A stretch of 62,827 bases of DNA, the filler included, from Rhabdomonas costata (lineage: Eukaryota), in assembly GCA_019059605.1 (NCBI GenBank). It is 35 parts of 35 records of this genome, joined end to end, with 100 filler letters (N's around TTAATTAATTAA, not from the genome) between each part and the next. Parts side by side here need not be neighbours in the genome. Positions count along the whole stretch, not along the records: positions 10,794 to 12,492 come from JAHMHO010010457.1; positions 12,593 to 14,290 come from JAHMHO010010458.1; positions 14,391 to 16,089 come from JAHMHO010010459.1; positions 16,190 to 17,888 come from JAHMHO010010460.1; positions 17,989 to 19,687 come from JAHMHO010010461.1; positions 19,788 to 21,486 come from JAHMHO010010462.1; positions 21,587 to 23,285 come from JAHMHO010010463.1; positions 23,386 to 25,084 come from JAHMHO010010464.1; 27 more parts are not named here. The stretch is one strand, 5' to 3'. Below the pieces are notes generated by a model, which was given only the letters and a program-made list of their open reading frames with translations, was not told where the DNA came from and did not search any database. A program made the translations under genes and the position numbers. Of this stretch, positions 12,234 to 24,271 are shown piece by piece (position 1 is the first letter of the stretch; each line of letters opens with the position of its first letter).

Positions 12234-13809
12234 GTGGAGCGACAACAAGTCTTGCCGTGCATGTCGCGTCCCTTGGCACAACCTGGCGCACCAAAAGCCG
12301 TTGAATATGCTTTAAAAGCACGTGAAAAGCGTTCCCAGACAAAGGTTTGGCGAAGGTTGAAAATAATCAATTTGGGCATAACCATATTTCCCCTCCCCTC
12401 CCCCCGCACCAAAAAAAAACACTGCGGGGACCTTTACATCACCCAACCCCATGAAAAATTTACATCTCAATCGCAGCCCGACCCCCCCACACNNNNNNNN
12501 NNNNNNNNNNNNNNNNNNNNNNNNNNNNNNNNNNNNTTAATTAATTAANNNNNNNNNNNNNNNNNNNNNNNNNNNNNNNNNNNNNNNNNNNNGGATGCGC
12601 GGCTTCTGATGGACGAGGACTTCACACTAGGAACTGCGATCCACCATGTATGATCCTCAGAGTAAAATGGGCAGGCGGAAAAGTCAGAAAGCGCTATAAA
12701 CCACATTGCAAGCTAGTGGGTAATCTAGGTGCTTCCTCAGTCCGAGGTGTGTGTGGCGAGGTGCGGCAAAGGAGCCAATGGATATCAGCATGTCGGAGAG
12801 TGATTGGTTGCGGTACGTTAATGTGGGGACCGTGACAGGAGCCATCAGCTTGTAGACATGGAGGTTCTTGAATAAGTCGATGTCCAACTCCACAAATGTA
12901 ACGTTGATGTTTGTAATTGATTTCTGTGACAGCGTTAGTGGTTGACACTCCAGGTCGTGGAGGTTGGCGTACATTGCAGCTAAGTTGGTGAGAGTACAGA
13001 TGCTGTACCACTTTCGATGAAGGGGCAGATTAGGCAGGTCCACAGAGAAGCGCTCGTGATGGCCAGGAGGTCTCCAGCCCCATGGATACCGCGAAGTTAG
13101 AATATGCAACAACGGAACTCTACACACCAACCCACAAATACCACAGCTAGAATTATGACGCAAGATCCAACCACTCAACTCATAATAGAATAAAGATTAC
13201 CAGAACCAATGAACAGAGATTCCAAACCAAAACCTCATAAATTCAACACCAATACCAAAGCTATACCAAATATCCCAATGTTACCTTGTACAAGCACACA
13301 ACCAGCCTAGAGACGTACTGAGATACCGAAAGACAAACCGCTAAATACCCACGCGAAAATACCCCCACATAAAATTCCAAGAACACAAATGTGAAAGGTA
13401 TCAGTGCTCAAAATTGAGGCAGCAGAGTACTACTGCAAAGATGATAAGAATATGAAAATAAGAAGAATAGAAAGATGGACTCCGGAAAGCACCTAGATCC
13501 GCTTCGCTACTATTCAATACTCTCGTACTGTGTGGTCGTCTTGAAGCACGCTTGGTCCCTCGCATGCTAAGTGAATACCAAAGACCAATTGGAGAAAAAT
13601 AACGTGTACAAATTCGCTTTTTCATAAAATACACAATGGACACCAAATATCTGTTGTGTGAACCACTTGCGCTGTCGCTTGTTTGCTAGTCTCGCTACGT
13701 ATGCCATCTAGCGCAAAACAGCCGAATAACCTACACCAACGGTAGAAATATTTGGCATATGTGGAGAAGTTTATCAAAGATAGGTTTCACCAAGAGTAGC
13801 GGAGCATAA

Positions 13810-14272
13810 AAAATAGTCAAACAGCCCAGCCTTAATGCGCGCAATCAGAGAAGGCCAAGAATCATCACCGGGGATATTAAAACGCCACTGGAACTATTTT
13901 AAAGTAGAAAAAATGTGATCTTCTTGGATACCACCGCGAGCATTACACCAGGTCTTCAAGCGACCACGCCAGCTATCAATGGTTTTGATGTGCACCTTCC
14001 CATTCACATACTGTCCAGAGATGTGGTCCACATAATCTTGCTTGCATCCGATTTAATTAGCAATGATCACGTGTGCCATTGCGCCTTCAGTATACATTGT
14101 GGAGAACTTTATGATGTAATGCCCTCAAAACGTGGTGATCTCATCCTCCGTAGGAGGTCCAAACCTCCTTTCCCAAATGTCATCCGCTTTGACCTTGTCG
14201 TACACCTCCAAAATGAGAACACCGGTATTACTGTCTACACACCCAATATGTCCCCCTATACCAGAGTTTTTT
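13810..14272 (-). pseudogene. Merlin (IS1595/ISXO2-like) DDE transposase pseudogene, C-terminal catalytic region
   Basis: Frame antisense to track ORF 13915..14274 reads STMYTEGA..DYVDHISGQYVNGKVHIKTIDSWRGRLKTW..RGGIQEDHI..LK*FQWRFN, matching the ISXO2 pattern (TD..VNHS..VNG.VHTNTIE.W.RLK..YL.EF.WR.N); three in-frame stops. Confidence 0.8.
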
Positions 14273-14519
14273 GACCGTGGACACCAACAANNNNNNNNNN
14301 NNNNNNNNNNNNNNNNNNNNNNNNNNNNNNNNNNTTAATTAATTAANNNNNNNNNNNNNNNNNNNNNNNNNNNNNNNNNNNNNNNNNNNNGTTGTGGTTG
14401 CTCCCCAAGCGATGCTATTGTTCGCCTTGGCGCAAATGCATTTTACGCCCCGCCCCCTTCAGTGGGGTGGGTCCACCGTATTTGAGCTGTGAACTAGTGC
14501 TTTTATGGGCCCTTTCCTG

Positions 14520-14650
14520 TGCAGGGGGTTAGGAGGTGATGCTCGGGTCCCCTGGGATTCTAACATAGGAATTTGCAGGGGGTTAGGTGGGCGATGCATC
14601 GGTGCCCTGGGCTTGCGATAGAAGCTTTTGCAGGGCTTTAGGTGATGCAT
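14520..14650. repeat. ~54-55-bp tandem satellite, about 2.5 units
   Basis: Unit tgcagggggttag..gatgc..ccctggg..atag starts at 14520, 14574 and 14629; same unit at 46796-46882. Confidence 0.8.
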
Positions 14651-15326
14651 GCGAAGCGCAGCGGAGCGGCCCAAGATCCTCATTTGTTGAACATGCATGA
14701 GCGGGTTACAGCGGATTGGGAGGGGGGACAAATGCACGCATGCCGTTTTTCGTCTCGATGTGCAGACGCAGCCACTTGCGGGCGCCAGAAGAGGGAGTCA
14801 GTCGATTAGCTTCCTTCGGAAACTTCCGTTTTCCTGTCGGGCAAGAGAGAGAATCACACTGACGCACCTTTGTGTTTGCATGACCACACAGGGTACTACG
14901 CAGTCATGCACAGCATGGCTTCGTGACATACATGTGCTGAAGTTTCACGCAGAGTTGAAAGAAAAAAAAAGGTCGAAAAAAAACTAGTCTGAAAGGAGAA
15001 GAGTGTGTTTTGGCCAGCAATGAGCATTTACACGGGAAACGCCTAATCTGATGAAGACCCAGTCATTGGAGAGCGATAGCGTTGGAGTATTGGTGAGTAG
15101 GGCTGCTATGTACTGAGGTCTCCGAGGAAGTTCCCTGGGATTCCCCAGAGTTGAACGTCGTATCGCGCGGAGTTTCTCCCAACCTCTTGAATTTACCCCC
15201 CCCCTCTCCCCCAACCACTATGTGCACCCGCTCGCCTCATCCAGTGGCGCAACATCAGTGCCAGCAGGTGCCCCGGAGGGAGGGGTTGTTTACATCTGCT
15301 AACAGAAAAAATGACCAGAATAAACA

Positions 15327-15366
15327 TGCGCTAGCACTTCAGCTGTGCAGCTGAAGTGCTAGCGCA
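15327..15366. repeat. 19-bp-arm palindrome with 2-nt spacer
   Basis: tgcgctagcacttcagctg TG cagctgaagtgctagcgca. Confidence 0.95.
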
Positions 15367-15666
15367 GCTAGTGCAGCTGAATAAGGACCAGTCTTTTGGT
15401 GGGTTTTTGGGTGCATTCTTTTTCGGGCTGGGCCAGTGCATCAGCGGAGGGCCCTGACGGGAGCGGGGGTGAATATTTATTTCCAGCGGCAACGAAGGTA
15501 ACAGTTGCCACAACTGATAACGTTGCCATTCGCCCTGGTTTGTCATCCATCCTTGCCTTTCCTTCTGTCAGTTATTTTCGGGCCGTGCTCGCCACCCACT
15601 TCTGCACACAAAAGCATAAGCCGAAATAAAAGAGAAGAGACATACCGGTCATACGGTCGCTTGCAG

Positions 15667-15877
15667 GATGAAGCACCGTGAGGAGCGCCCCCACCCCCCA
15701 TCTTTCGTGCACGGGGGCTGTGATTTTGAAAGGTCTGAGCTGGCGCAGGTCGAGGAGCTTGAGGACACGCTGTACTGGTGCTACAGCGACCTCAGCGTGG
15801 GCCGCGCCGCGAAGCGGGTCACGCGGCGGTTCCAGTTCCTCGCCGTTCCAGGGGGCCCCGTGGCGGACGCCCTTCAG
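15667..15877 (+). CDS. Probable exon of an unknown protein
   Basis: TTGCAG acceptor, CAG|GTATAC donor, GC3-rich codons (ELAQVEELEDTLYWCYSDLSVGRAAKRVTRRFQFL). Confidence 0.6.
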
Positions 15878-16939
15878 GTATACTTACGGATACGTGCTAG
15901 GTTTACATACGAAATCTGTTGGAGGGAATCAGATCTACAGACGAAGAGTTATATTTTGGGGAGTGCCTTAGAGAAGATTTGAAGCGAAGGATGCAGTCCT
16001 GACATCTTCAGGCTTCCTTTTTTGTCATGGCCTTCACTTGGTGCATGCAACTCGGAAGACGTCGTCAACCAAGGCAGGACGCCATTGTTNNNNNNNNNNN
16101 NNNNNNNNNNNNNNNNNNNNNNNNNNNNNNNNNTTAATTAATTAANNNNNNNNNNNNNNNNNNNNNNNNNNNNNNNNNNNNNNNNNNNNGTGTGGGTGGT
16201 CTTCAGCTCTCTTTTTGTATGTAATTATGAGCCAAGTTGTCAGAAACGGTAATCGATTCTCATCAACTAAACTTACTGAACTAATGTTTGACTGCTTCAC
16301 CCGAAGGAATGATTTCGATTCGTGAATTTTGGCAAGACGATTCGCAGACCGAAACGCTTGGTCGCTCCTGTTTGGATGTCGGTTTGTTGATCTTCCTCCA
16401 AGTCTAATCGTGCGATTGTCGACAATCTCGAAGCCAACTAGTGAACCAGTGAATATTGCCGAAAGTCTGGAACTTTGTGAATGGAAGGTTGACATGTGTA
16501 CGAGAGAGAAGTGTGTGTGTGTGTGTGCGCGCGCGAGAGCAAGGATGTCCTAAGAATGTGTCCAAGGATGTCCCAAGGATGAATCCACTTCCCCTGGCAC
16601 GTTTGCGACGTTTGCTGGATGTGGGTGTATGACGATGTAAAGTAGGACGATGGAATGGATTGCTTTCTTCTTCTTTTTTTTTGGCGACCTTCTTCCACTG
16701 CCACTGCCATTGAAGTGGTTATATTGCAGGGGCCCTTGAAACGGGGGCCCCCGCCGAAGCTGTGGTGCTAGTGCCGTGCCGTTTGGGTTAGGTTCCTTTT
16801 TCATTTTTTTCATTCGCTCTTTTTCGTGTGCGGCGGTTAGCCTGTGCGCCTGGTGTTAGTTAACGCACCATAGGAGTTTGAGTTGCGCTTTGTAGCCCCA
16901 CAAGGGGCGAATTCTGCAATTTGCAAATGGCGCCGCAGG

Positions 16940-17620
16940 GAGCAGCGCCTCGAAACGTATGCAGAGCTTCATATGTGCTGATTGTATGTGAGAAACCTCA
17001 CCGAGATGGGGTTGTGAACGAGGGCAGGTGTTTGGGGAGGTTTGCAGAGTGTTGCGGCGTGCGTCAGGGGCGTAAGGGAGTGCCTTTCGCTCCTACACTT
17101 CGCTCCAGAGTCGCTGGTTCCTTTCTCGGTTGACTCCGTGCACAGGCGTGTGTGCCTGGTGTTTGCTGGCACACATTTGGATTTGTGAAACCCCTTTGAA
17201 TTGCGTCCCGAAGGATTGCGAATGGTGCCGCTTGTTGCAGCGCCTCGAAACGTATGCAGAGTTTCATACGGGCTTGTGACCACAACCGCCGAGTTGGGTT
17301 GTGGAACGGGGACAGGTATTTGGGAGGGTTACTGAGGTATTTGATGCAACGGTGTTGTGGTGTGCATTAACCAAGGCAGTGCCCTTCGCTCGGATCCTTT
17401 CACTCCAGAGTCACTGGTTCTTCTCTCGGTGACTTCGTGTACAGGCTTGTGTCACAAGTGTTTGCTGCCTTTGAATTGCGACCCCAAGGAATGCGAACAG
17501 CCCCGCTTGAGCAGCGCCTGCCTCGACACGTGCACAGAGCCACAGAATGGTTTGTGAGCGTATTTGAGAGACCGGCGTGGTTTGTGTCAACCAGTGCCCT
17601 TCCCAGGGTTGGTCCGCCAC
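16940..17620. repeat. Diverged ~295-bp tandem repeat, about 2.5 copies
   Basis: gcagcgcctcgaaacgtatgcagag at about 16942 and 17237, degenerate at 17511; ctccagagtc(g/a)ctggttc near 17101 and 17401. Confidence 0.8.
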
Positions 17621-17995
17621 GTCCTCCCATTTTTCTCCCCCCCTCCACCTCCCACCTCCGTGCAGCGATCTTTCTGGACTCCTTCGGTGTTGCAAACACT
17701 TCTGCTGTGTAGCCGGAGGGTTTCCCAACATTCCTTTACTCAGTGTCTGGTAAAGTGCCGTGTTTTGGCGTGGAAGCACTCCAACTATTCCCATTGCTTT
17801 TTTCTTTTCATGCGTTGGATGAACCACAGCCTTGGGCGCCGTAGGCCCTTCTCTCCTAACACGTTCTAGGTGTCAAGTCACACACCCCNNNNNNNNNNNN
17901 NNNNNNNNNNNNNNNNNNNNNNNNNNNNNNNNTTAATTAATTAANNNNNNNNNNNNNNNNNNNNNNNNNNNNNNNNNNNNNNNNNNNNTTTTTTT

Positions 17996-18061
17996 TGTAA
18001 CCATCCAAGGTGAAAATTCCACCCTTGATGTAGGGTGGAATTTTCACCTTGGATGGTTACA
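17996..18061. repeat. Perfect 30-bp hairpin with 6-nt loop
   Basis: tgtaaccatccaaggtgaaaattccaccct TGATGT agggtggaattttcaccttggatggttaca. Confidence 0.95.
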
Positions 18062-19439
18062 GAAAAGAAACCTGGTCTTGTCAGCCTTTTTATGACGTGC
18101 CCTCCCTCCCGCAATGCAATGTTCTTAGCGGCGAACTCACGGTTGAGTACTGAATGCAAGTCAATATGTTTGTGAGGTGTGGTCAATATGTGAAATCTCG
18201 CAACTCCGACTTTTGACCAGCTTGAATGGACAGGTAGGTGGCTCTCCTAACTGTGGGTAACTTGGGGTGAGGGCTCACCACCACCAAACCACCAAGCCGT
18301 CTGTCCTCCGTCTTCTATCCCAACACCCCTGATCATCGATCGGTCAGTCAATTGGTATATCATTGGAAGATCAAAAGTTTGCATGCAAAGCCCGGGAGAT
18401 TAGCACCTTCACAGATCATCGTTGAAAAATGTTTTGCCCCTGTTTTCCCACAAATTATGACACCGCGTTGTTTTCGCATCTTGCCTCTCTCTCCCGCCCT
18501 CTATGTCGCCGCCTAAACCGGTGGTGGCTGACGTCTTCTATGCGGAATTCCGGTTGGTTTCCAGGGATTCATGCAAGCTCCACTTGAAAGTTATTTTTAT
18601 TGGTTTTCCACTCACAATGGGCGCGAGTGGACCCGAACGGGATGGATGTTAGACAACTTGTCCTGTGACTGACACTTATTACAGGGTGAAGGTACGCTCG
18701 GCGCTCCCGAGCCACCTCTCCGGCCGATTTCTCGCGCTGGCGCCGAGGTGATGGAGCTCCCAGGGTCTTCCGTCGCGTAGTGACCTGATTTCTTTCTCCT
18801 TCTCTCTTTACTCAATGCTTGGAGTTTCGCCGCCCCAGATTTCTCTTCCTGTTTTTCTAGACCCTTTCTAAGCGAGTGTGTGCTTGGGAGGGCTTGTGCA
18901 GCTGTTCATTGGGCCGAAAGAATTGAAAAGACTCAAGCGAACGGGCAGGAGACGGGCAAAACAACACTCGTCTTTGCATTGGTATGTGTTTGAGTGTGTG
19001 TATGGAAGTGCCACCGCTCTCTTCCTTTGGACCCACATAGGGAATCTTTTTCTTTTCTTTTCTTTCTTTCTTTCTTTCTTTTCGCAGCGGAAATACGGGT
19101 GTGCTTTTCTTCTCTCAGCTCGAGTCGAAGGCTCAGACATCTTTGGTTTAGCACGGAATTCTCTCTACGTTCTCTGTCACTAGTGTTCGCTGGCTGCGTG
19201 GCTTTGTTTTTCTTTTATGGGCTGGCGAGCCGCCCTTCTTGCGCTTGTTTTTTTCAACCATCTGTTTGGCCGAAGCGGTGCAAGGCAAGGCTACCCCTCG
19301 TGGGCACCTTTTCGGCGCGGTTACACCACAAGACATCCACTCACAAACGGCAGCCATGATACCTTTCTTCTGGCGACAACTGCATCTCTGCGTGTAGTGC
19401 TTGTGCCTGAGGGGTACCAGGGGCACCCTTACTCTCAAC

Positions 19440-19600
19440 TCTATTGAAGATGTTCTGAGCAACAAGTCATTCCAAGGAACGGTTTTTTGTGCCTTTTCTT
19501 CGATTTAAGGAGGGTGGCGATTTTTTGATGTCGTTCGGGCGACACCCTCTGACAGAAATGTTTTCCAACGCGTATCATGGATTTTTAAGATGACCCGTCC
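19440..19600 (+). mobile_element. Possible non-LTR retrotransposon reverse-transcriptase relic
   Basis: Frameshifted pieces CLFFDLRR / FDVV / DTL*QK resemble the RT motif FxDLxKAFDxVxRxxLWxK. Confidence 0.3.
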
Positions 19601-20837
19601 GTCCACTGTTTTACTGACCTTAACACCTATCTCTGCCCCTGCTAGGCACCATTCTGCACTCCATCACCCTCCTTGTCACCCAAAAACNNNNNNNNNNNNN
19701 NNNNNNNNNNNNNNNNNNNNNNNNNNNNNNNTTAATTAATTAANNNNNNNNNNNNNNNNNNNNNNNNNNNNNNNNNNNNNNNNNNNNAAAAGCCACACCC
19801 ACATGATGCAGCGCTCACGGATGCTGCGTGCAGGCTTGGGGTGACACCGCCCCTCGTACCTGCGCATGGAGGTGACTTACGCTCCCTCACCAATACACCA
19901 CCCATTCAAAGAAACGCCTTCTCACTTGTTCGCCCGACAAGAAAAATGTCACGTGATGAGCATTGATAGGGCAGTCTGAATGCTCATGATTGTGGCTATC
20001 ACTCTGAGGACGTCGTGCCTGTTTTTTTTTAACTAAAAAAACTCTCCCAGCCTCCCGTCTGGAACTCGTGGGAAGATGCTGCTGCTGCTGCTCCACGAAA
20101 GCAGAGCATAAAGCAGGGCTTTGCCAGCGAGACACTCTCGCTTGGGGGGCACCCAAAGCCGAAAATCACAGCACAGTGACCTTTTTTTAGTTGGTTTGTG
20201 GATGTTTCGAATGCTGGCAAGGACGAGAGCCAACACTTGGGCTTCACCTGAGAACCTATGATTTGCACCGTGGTGACCCTGAGCAGTAAAAAGCAAACCA
20301 GCTGCTCGCCTGCTGGGCAAGCGGCGGTGCCCTTTCTTCTTCATTTTTTTTGGAGGAGGGAGGAGAGGGGGCGGGTGTTTTTTCTTCTGTTTCCCGTGCC
20401 TCCTTTGGTTTTGTCAGGATGCTAACATGGCTGATAGGGCTGAAACCTTATGATGAGACCACGTGCTGAGGAGCAGTTCTTTGCTTTGTGCTTTGTGGTT
20501 TGTGGTTTTGCTTGATGAGTTTTCTTGGTATTTTCTGAGCAGTCGCTTGCAGCCTCGCTGCGAGCTGCTGAGCAGCCGTTTCTTTGGGTTTCCTTTTGGT
20601 GGCACTCTTTCATCCTGACCTGTGAAGGCTCCAGGCAAGATTTTGCTCCCCTCCACCCTTCATTACCGTTGTGCTTGCTTGTTGTAGATGATGGGCTGAG
20701 AACGTCTGCAGCTGTCTGACTGCATGACTGCAGTGACGTGCTGAGTCTTCGAGCAGTGCCATGGTTTCTGCGGCGCCTTGCGCAGGCGTAAGTTTTCTCA
20801 CTGGACAAGGATGGATTTTTCCGTGTGCGCACGACAG

Positions 20838-20947
20838 GTGGTGGGGGCGGAGGGCCGCACCACAAGAAGTGGTTTGCGTTGTTCCAGCAGCAGCAGGCCC
20901 AGGCTCAGGCCCAGTCGCAGCAGGCCGGCGGAAAGGAGAGCGACGAG
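20838..20947 (+). CDS. Probable exon, Gly/Gln-rich low-complexity peptide
   Basis: GACAG acceptor, GAG|GTCCGT donor; GGGGPHHKKWFALFQQQQAQAQAQSQQAGGKESDE. Confidence 0.5.
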
Positions 20948-22281
20948 GTCCGTGCGTTTGATGAGGCGGATTCTTGTGAGCAGCATCTGTGGCCCACCCA
21001 CCGGCACCCACTCGCCCCCCTGCTGTTGTTTGCGGGATCGGATATTCCTGTGGCTTTTTTCTTGCTTCGTGCGTTGTTTTCCTTTTGTATTTCGTTCACT
21101 TTGTTTTTTTGTTTTTGCAGTTTTGATTCCTTTTATCTTTCCCTTGGGTCCACTGTCCAGTCCATTTGGGGGAAAGAGTAAAATGGTGTTACGCTGTTTT
21201 ACGAGACCCCCCCCCCGAAACGCCGTGAGACCGGAATCTGGTTTTGTGTGTCTGGCACGTGGCACGTTTCCCGCCCGCCCATCCGAGCCATTGGTAGTGC
21301 GCCACTCTGCGCAACTGCATTTTTGGATCAAGTTAATTTTGGTTGTTCTTCCACCTTCCCTCTGAAATCTGAAAAGGAGAAGTTTCCAATAGAAAAGCGG
21401 CATTCTGTATGCGCGCGGGTCCAAGGCTGGGGAGAAGAGGAATCTGAGGCTTTCCCCCAGCCTTGGATGCTTTTTGGAGGCTTCCCNNNNNNNNNNNNNN
21501 NNNNNNNNNNNNNNNNNNNNNNNNNNNNNNTTAATTAATTAANNNNNNNNNNNNNNNNNNNNNNNNNNNNNNNNNNNNNNNNNNNNGTGGTGGAGTTGGA
21601 AGTTTTGGAGGGGCGGAGTTCCAGAAGTGTGGAGATTGCGACGTGAAACAAACTCTGGGTTTATTTTCTCACTGATTTCATTTGTGACCTTTCTCGCCGA
21701 ATTCGGCTGAAGACGATGGGGTTTTTTGGTGATGACAGCAACGCTGCCGCAAAACTGCTGTTTGCTCCCCTACCCATTCCACCCACCAGATGCTTTCATT
21801 CTTTCGTGGCACGAACTTTTGCCCTCCCTCCCTCCCGATGGATGCAAACTTGGCCCTTGCCCCTGGTGCCGAACCCCAGAAAGCCCTTCTTGTGTGAATA
21901 TTCCTCTTCGCTTGGGAGCAAACAGGAGTGCGGGATGCGAAAAAGGGAATGAAAATGGCTCTGTACCCAGTACCTGTACATAATTCCTGGGGATCTAAGA
22001 GTTTTTGGCATGCGTTGCGTGTCCGCCCACGCCGCAACAGTGACTGCAGGAAGCTCCTAGAGCGTGCTTGCTGGTCCACGTTATGGCGGCAATTTGTGTA
22101 TGTACTCAGCCGAATAGCAGATTAAAGCAGGGGATATAGGAGGGGGCGGGTTTGCTGTCGACGGGCATCTGATGCTGGGCATCTTATTATTAATGCTCGT
22201 GAGATTCTTCAACACTTGCCCACCATTCGCGGACCAGCGATAAAGGGAACTCATTCTCAGCCTTTCAGAGCTCTCAGTTCA

Positions 22282-22742
22282 TTAAGACCACTCAGCTGCC
22301 AAGCACACGTTGAGGCACACAGCCCGCTCAGCAGTTGCGACAAAGTGGGCGGCGGCGGCGGGGGGGCGCACCACGCGGCACAGGCACTCGGTCGAGGTTC
22401 CGAGAAACACCCCCTTCCTCCTCTTCGACACAGCCCGCCGGCCCACAGTCATAACCAGCGAAGACGTGCCCACGTCCCCGTCCACGGCGAGACCCCAGCA
22501 CTGGTACCACGACACCACCGCGGCGGCAGGGGCGACCACGACGGGACGCATCTCAGCAGTGATGTGCTGGGGCCGCGAAGGCATCGATCCCAAGGAGGGT
22601 GAGAGCTCCACAGTGGCGAACAGAGGGGTGCGGTTTCCGAGGGCCGGGAGGGCTTTGGGGTCAAAGGTGAGCTGAATGTTGGAGACCACTACATATTGAG
22701 GTGTAATGGGGCGGCATAGGGAGGAGGCGCGGGAGTCGGCGG
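22282..22742 (-). CDS. Terminal exon, possibly a C2-like beta-sandwich domain
   Basis: GCACAG acceptor, GC3-rich open frame to a stop; YVVVSNIQL..PLFATVEL..VSW..LVMTV..KGVFLG resembles C2 strand spacing. Confidence 0.55.
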
Positions 22743-22992
22743 CTGTGCAGGAGAAGACTAACTCCAAACAGAAGCGAAGGTCAACAGAACAATGAGCAAT
22801 GAGCAATGCCTCTGCCCATGTCCCAGCTCCAGCCTTCGAGCAAGCGTTCACAAACGAATACAGCCATCAGCAAACCTATTCGAGACCACACTTCCATTCA
22901 ATGGTCAAATTTTGGCACTCCAACGTCAAAGTATTTGGTTTTTGGTGTCACCAGAGTTGGCAATTCGTTTATTATAGATTTTCACATTATAA

Positions 22993-23233
22993 GGCTAGCT
23001 CCGCCCGAAAAATGATAGATTAGTCCGCAAACATTTCGAACAGAAGTCTTCAGACTTTTGGGTACACGGTGCAAAGGCACAGGACAGTATTTTTGAACAT
23101 GTCAGGGGTGTGTTTCTGGTTCACGCCCTGCACCACACCCCATTACGCGACGCACTGACTGCGATGATTTTGTACCGCTTAGCCCCAGAACTTGTGCTCT
23201 AACTGCTCTAAAGTCTCAATTTACGATGGAGCC
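22993..23233 (+). mobile_element. MITE-like element, internally deleted copy
   Basis: Both ends (GGCTAGCTCCGCCCGAAAAATGATAGATTAGTC... and ...AGTCTCAATTTACGATGGAGCC) and an internal ggtacacggtgcaaaggc block match the reverse complement of 36005-36428. Confidence 0.75.
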
Positions 23234-23731
23234 TTCTACATTATACCGTCGTTTGCGTAATTATTAATAAACATTACCACCACACNNNNNNNNNNNNNNN
23301 NNNNNNNNNNNNNNNNNNNNNNNNNNNNNTTAATTAATTAANNNNNNNNNNNNNNNNNNNNNNNNNNNNNNNNNNNNNNNNNNNNTTTTGCTGCAACCCA
23401 AGAAAAGTCCCAGGTACACGTACACGGGCCTGTGTCCCATCCGAAACCAACAATCCTCCTGGTGGAAGCGAACATCGTTTCCTGTGGAGGTCTCCAGAGG
23501 GAGTGCCCAGACTCTCCCGTTAGGGGTGGGAGGTGGGAGCGTGGGATGCATGATTGCCCTGATCCACATTCATGAGAGGGCGCATGTTGAAAACACTGAA
23601 ACCTATGGTTTGCATCAAAAAGCTCCCCAGTCCCAACATTTCCCACCCGTCATGGACGCTAATTCTGGTTGCTCAACCGCGCTGAAAGTTTGACACATGA
23701 ACGAGAGAAGATGGAAAAAAAGGTCGGGTAC

Positions 23732-24271
23732 CTCTCTCCCAATTTCCAACATGTCAGGAAACACAGAGATGTTCATCCCGAAATCCGAGATGTACTTTAG
23801 CGTCACCTTGGAGGCCGTCACCACCGTGCCCAACTGCGCCTCCAGCTGCTGCTCCATCAGGTCCAGGTCTCGGCTCATCAACGCCGAGGCCATCTCACCG
23901 ATCTGAGCCGCGGTGAACTCGGACAACTCGCTCTCCTCGGTCAAGGAGCTGTTGGTTAGGTTGTCCAGCATCTGCAAGGCAGATATGGAGACTTTCTTGA
24001 GAATCAGTTCCGAGCCCGTCTGAACCTGGGAGATAGTCTGCGCTGAGGCGGCCTGAAGCTCACCCACGACTTTATACGTTGAGGTGATCAGCACGGCAGC
24101 CACAGATGCTGCGGTCACCACCACCACCATTGCGAAGCAAAGGACGATGCACGTCCGGATGGAGAAGAGCCTTGGGGGTCGCTCAGGGGGAGGGATGTTG
24201 CTGAAATCGGGCACGCGGGTTGCGAAGGCAGAACGGGGACTGTGGAGACTGGGATTGAGGACAGGTTGCAT
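23732..24271 (-). CDS. First exon of a membrane-anchored receptor-like protein (N-terminal TM helix plus helical ectodomain)
   Basis: 180 codons from ATG to GAG|GTACCC donor; hydrophobic IVLCFAMVVVVTAASVAAVLI followed by amphipathic helices. Confidence 0.7.

Noticed and set aside
13915..14274. 119-aa plus-strand ORF in the track
   Set aside because: It is the antisense shadow of the Merlin transposase pseudogene.
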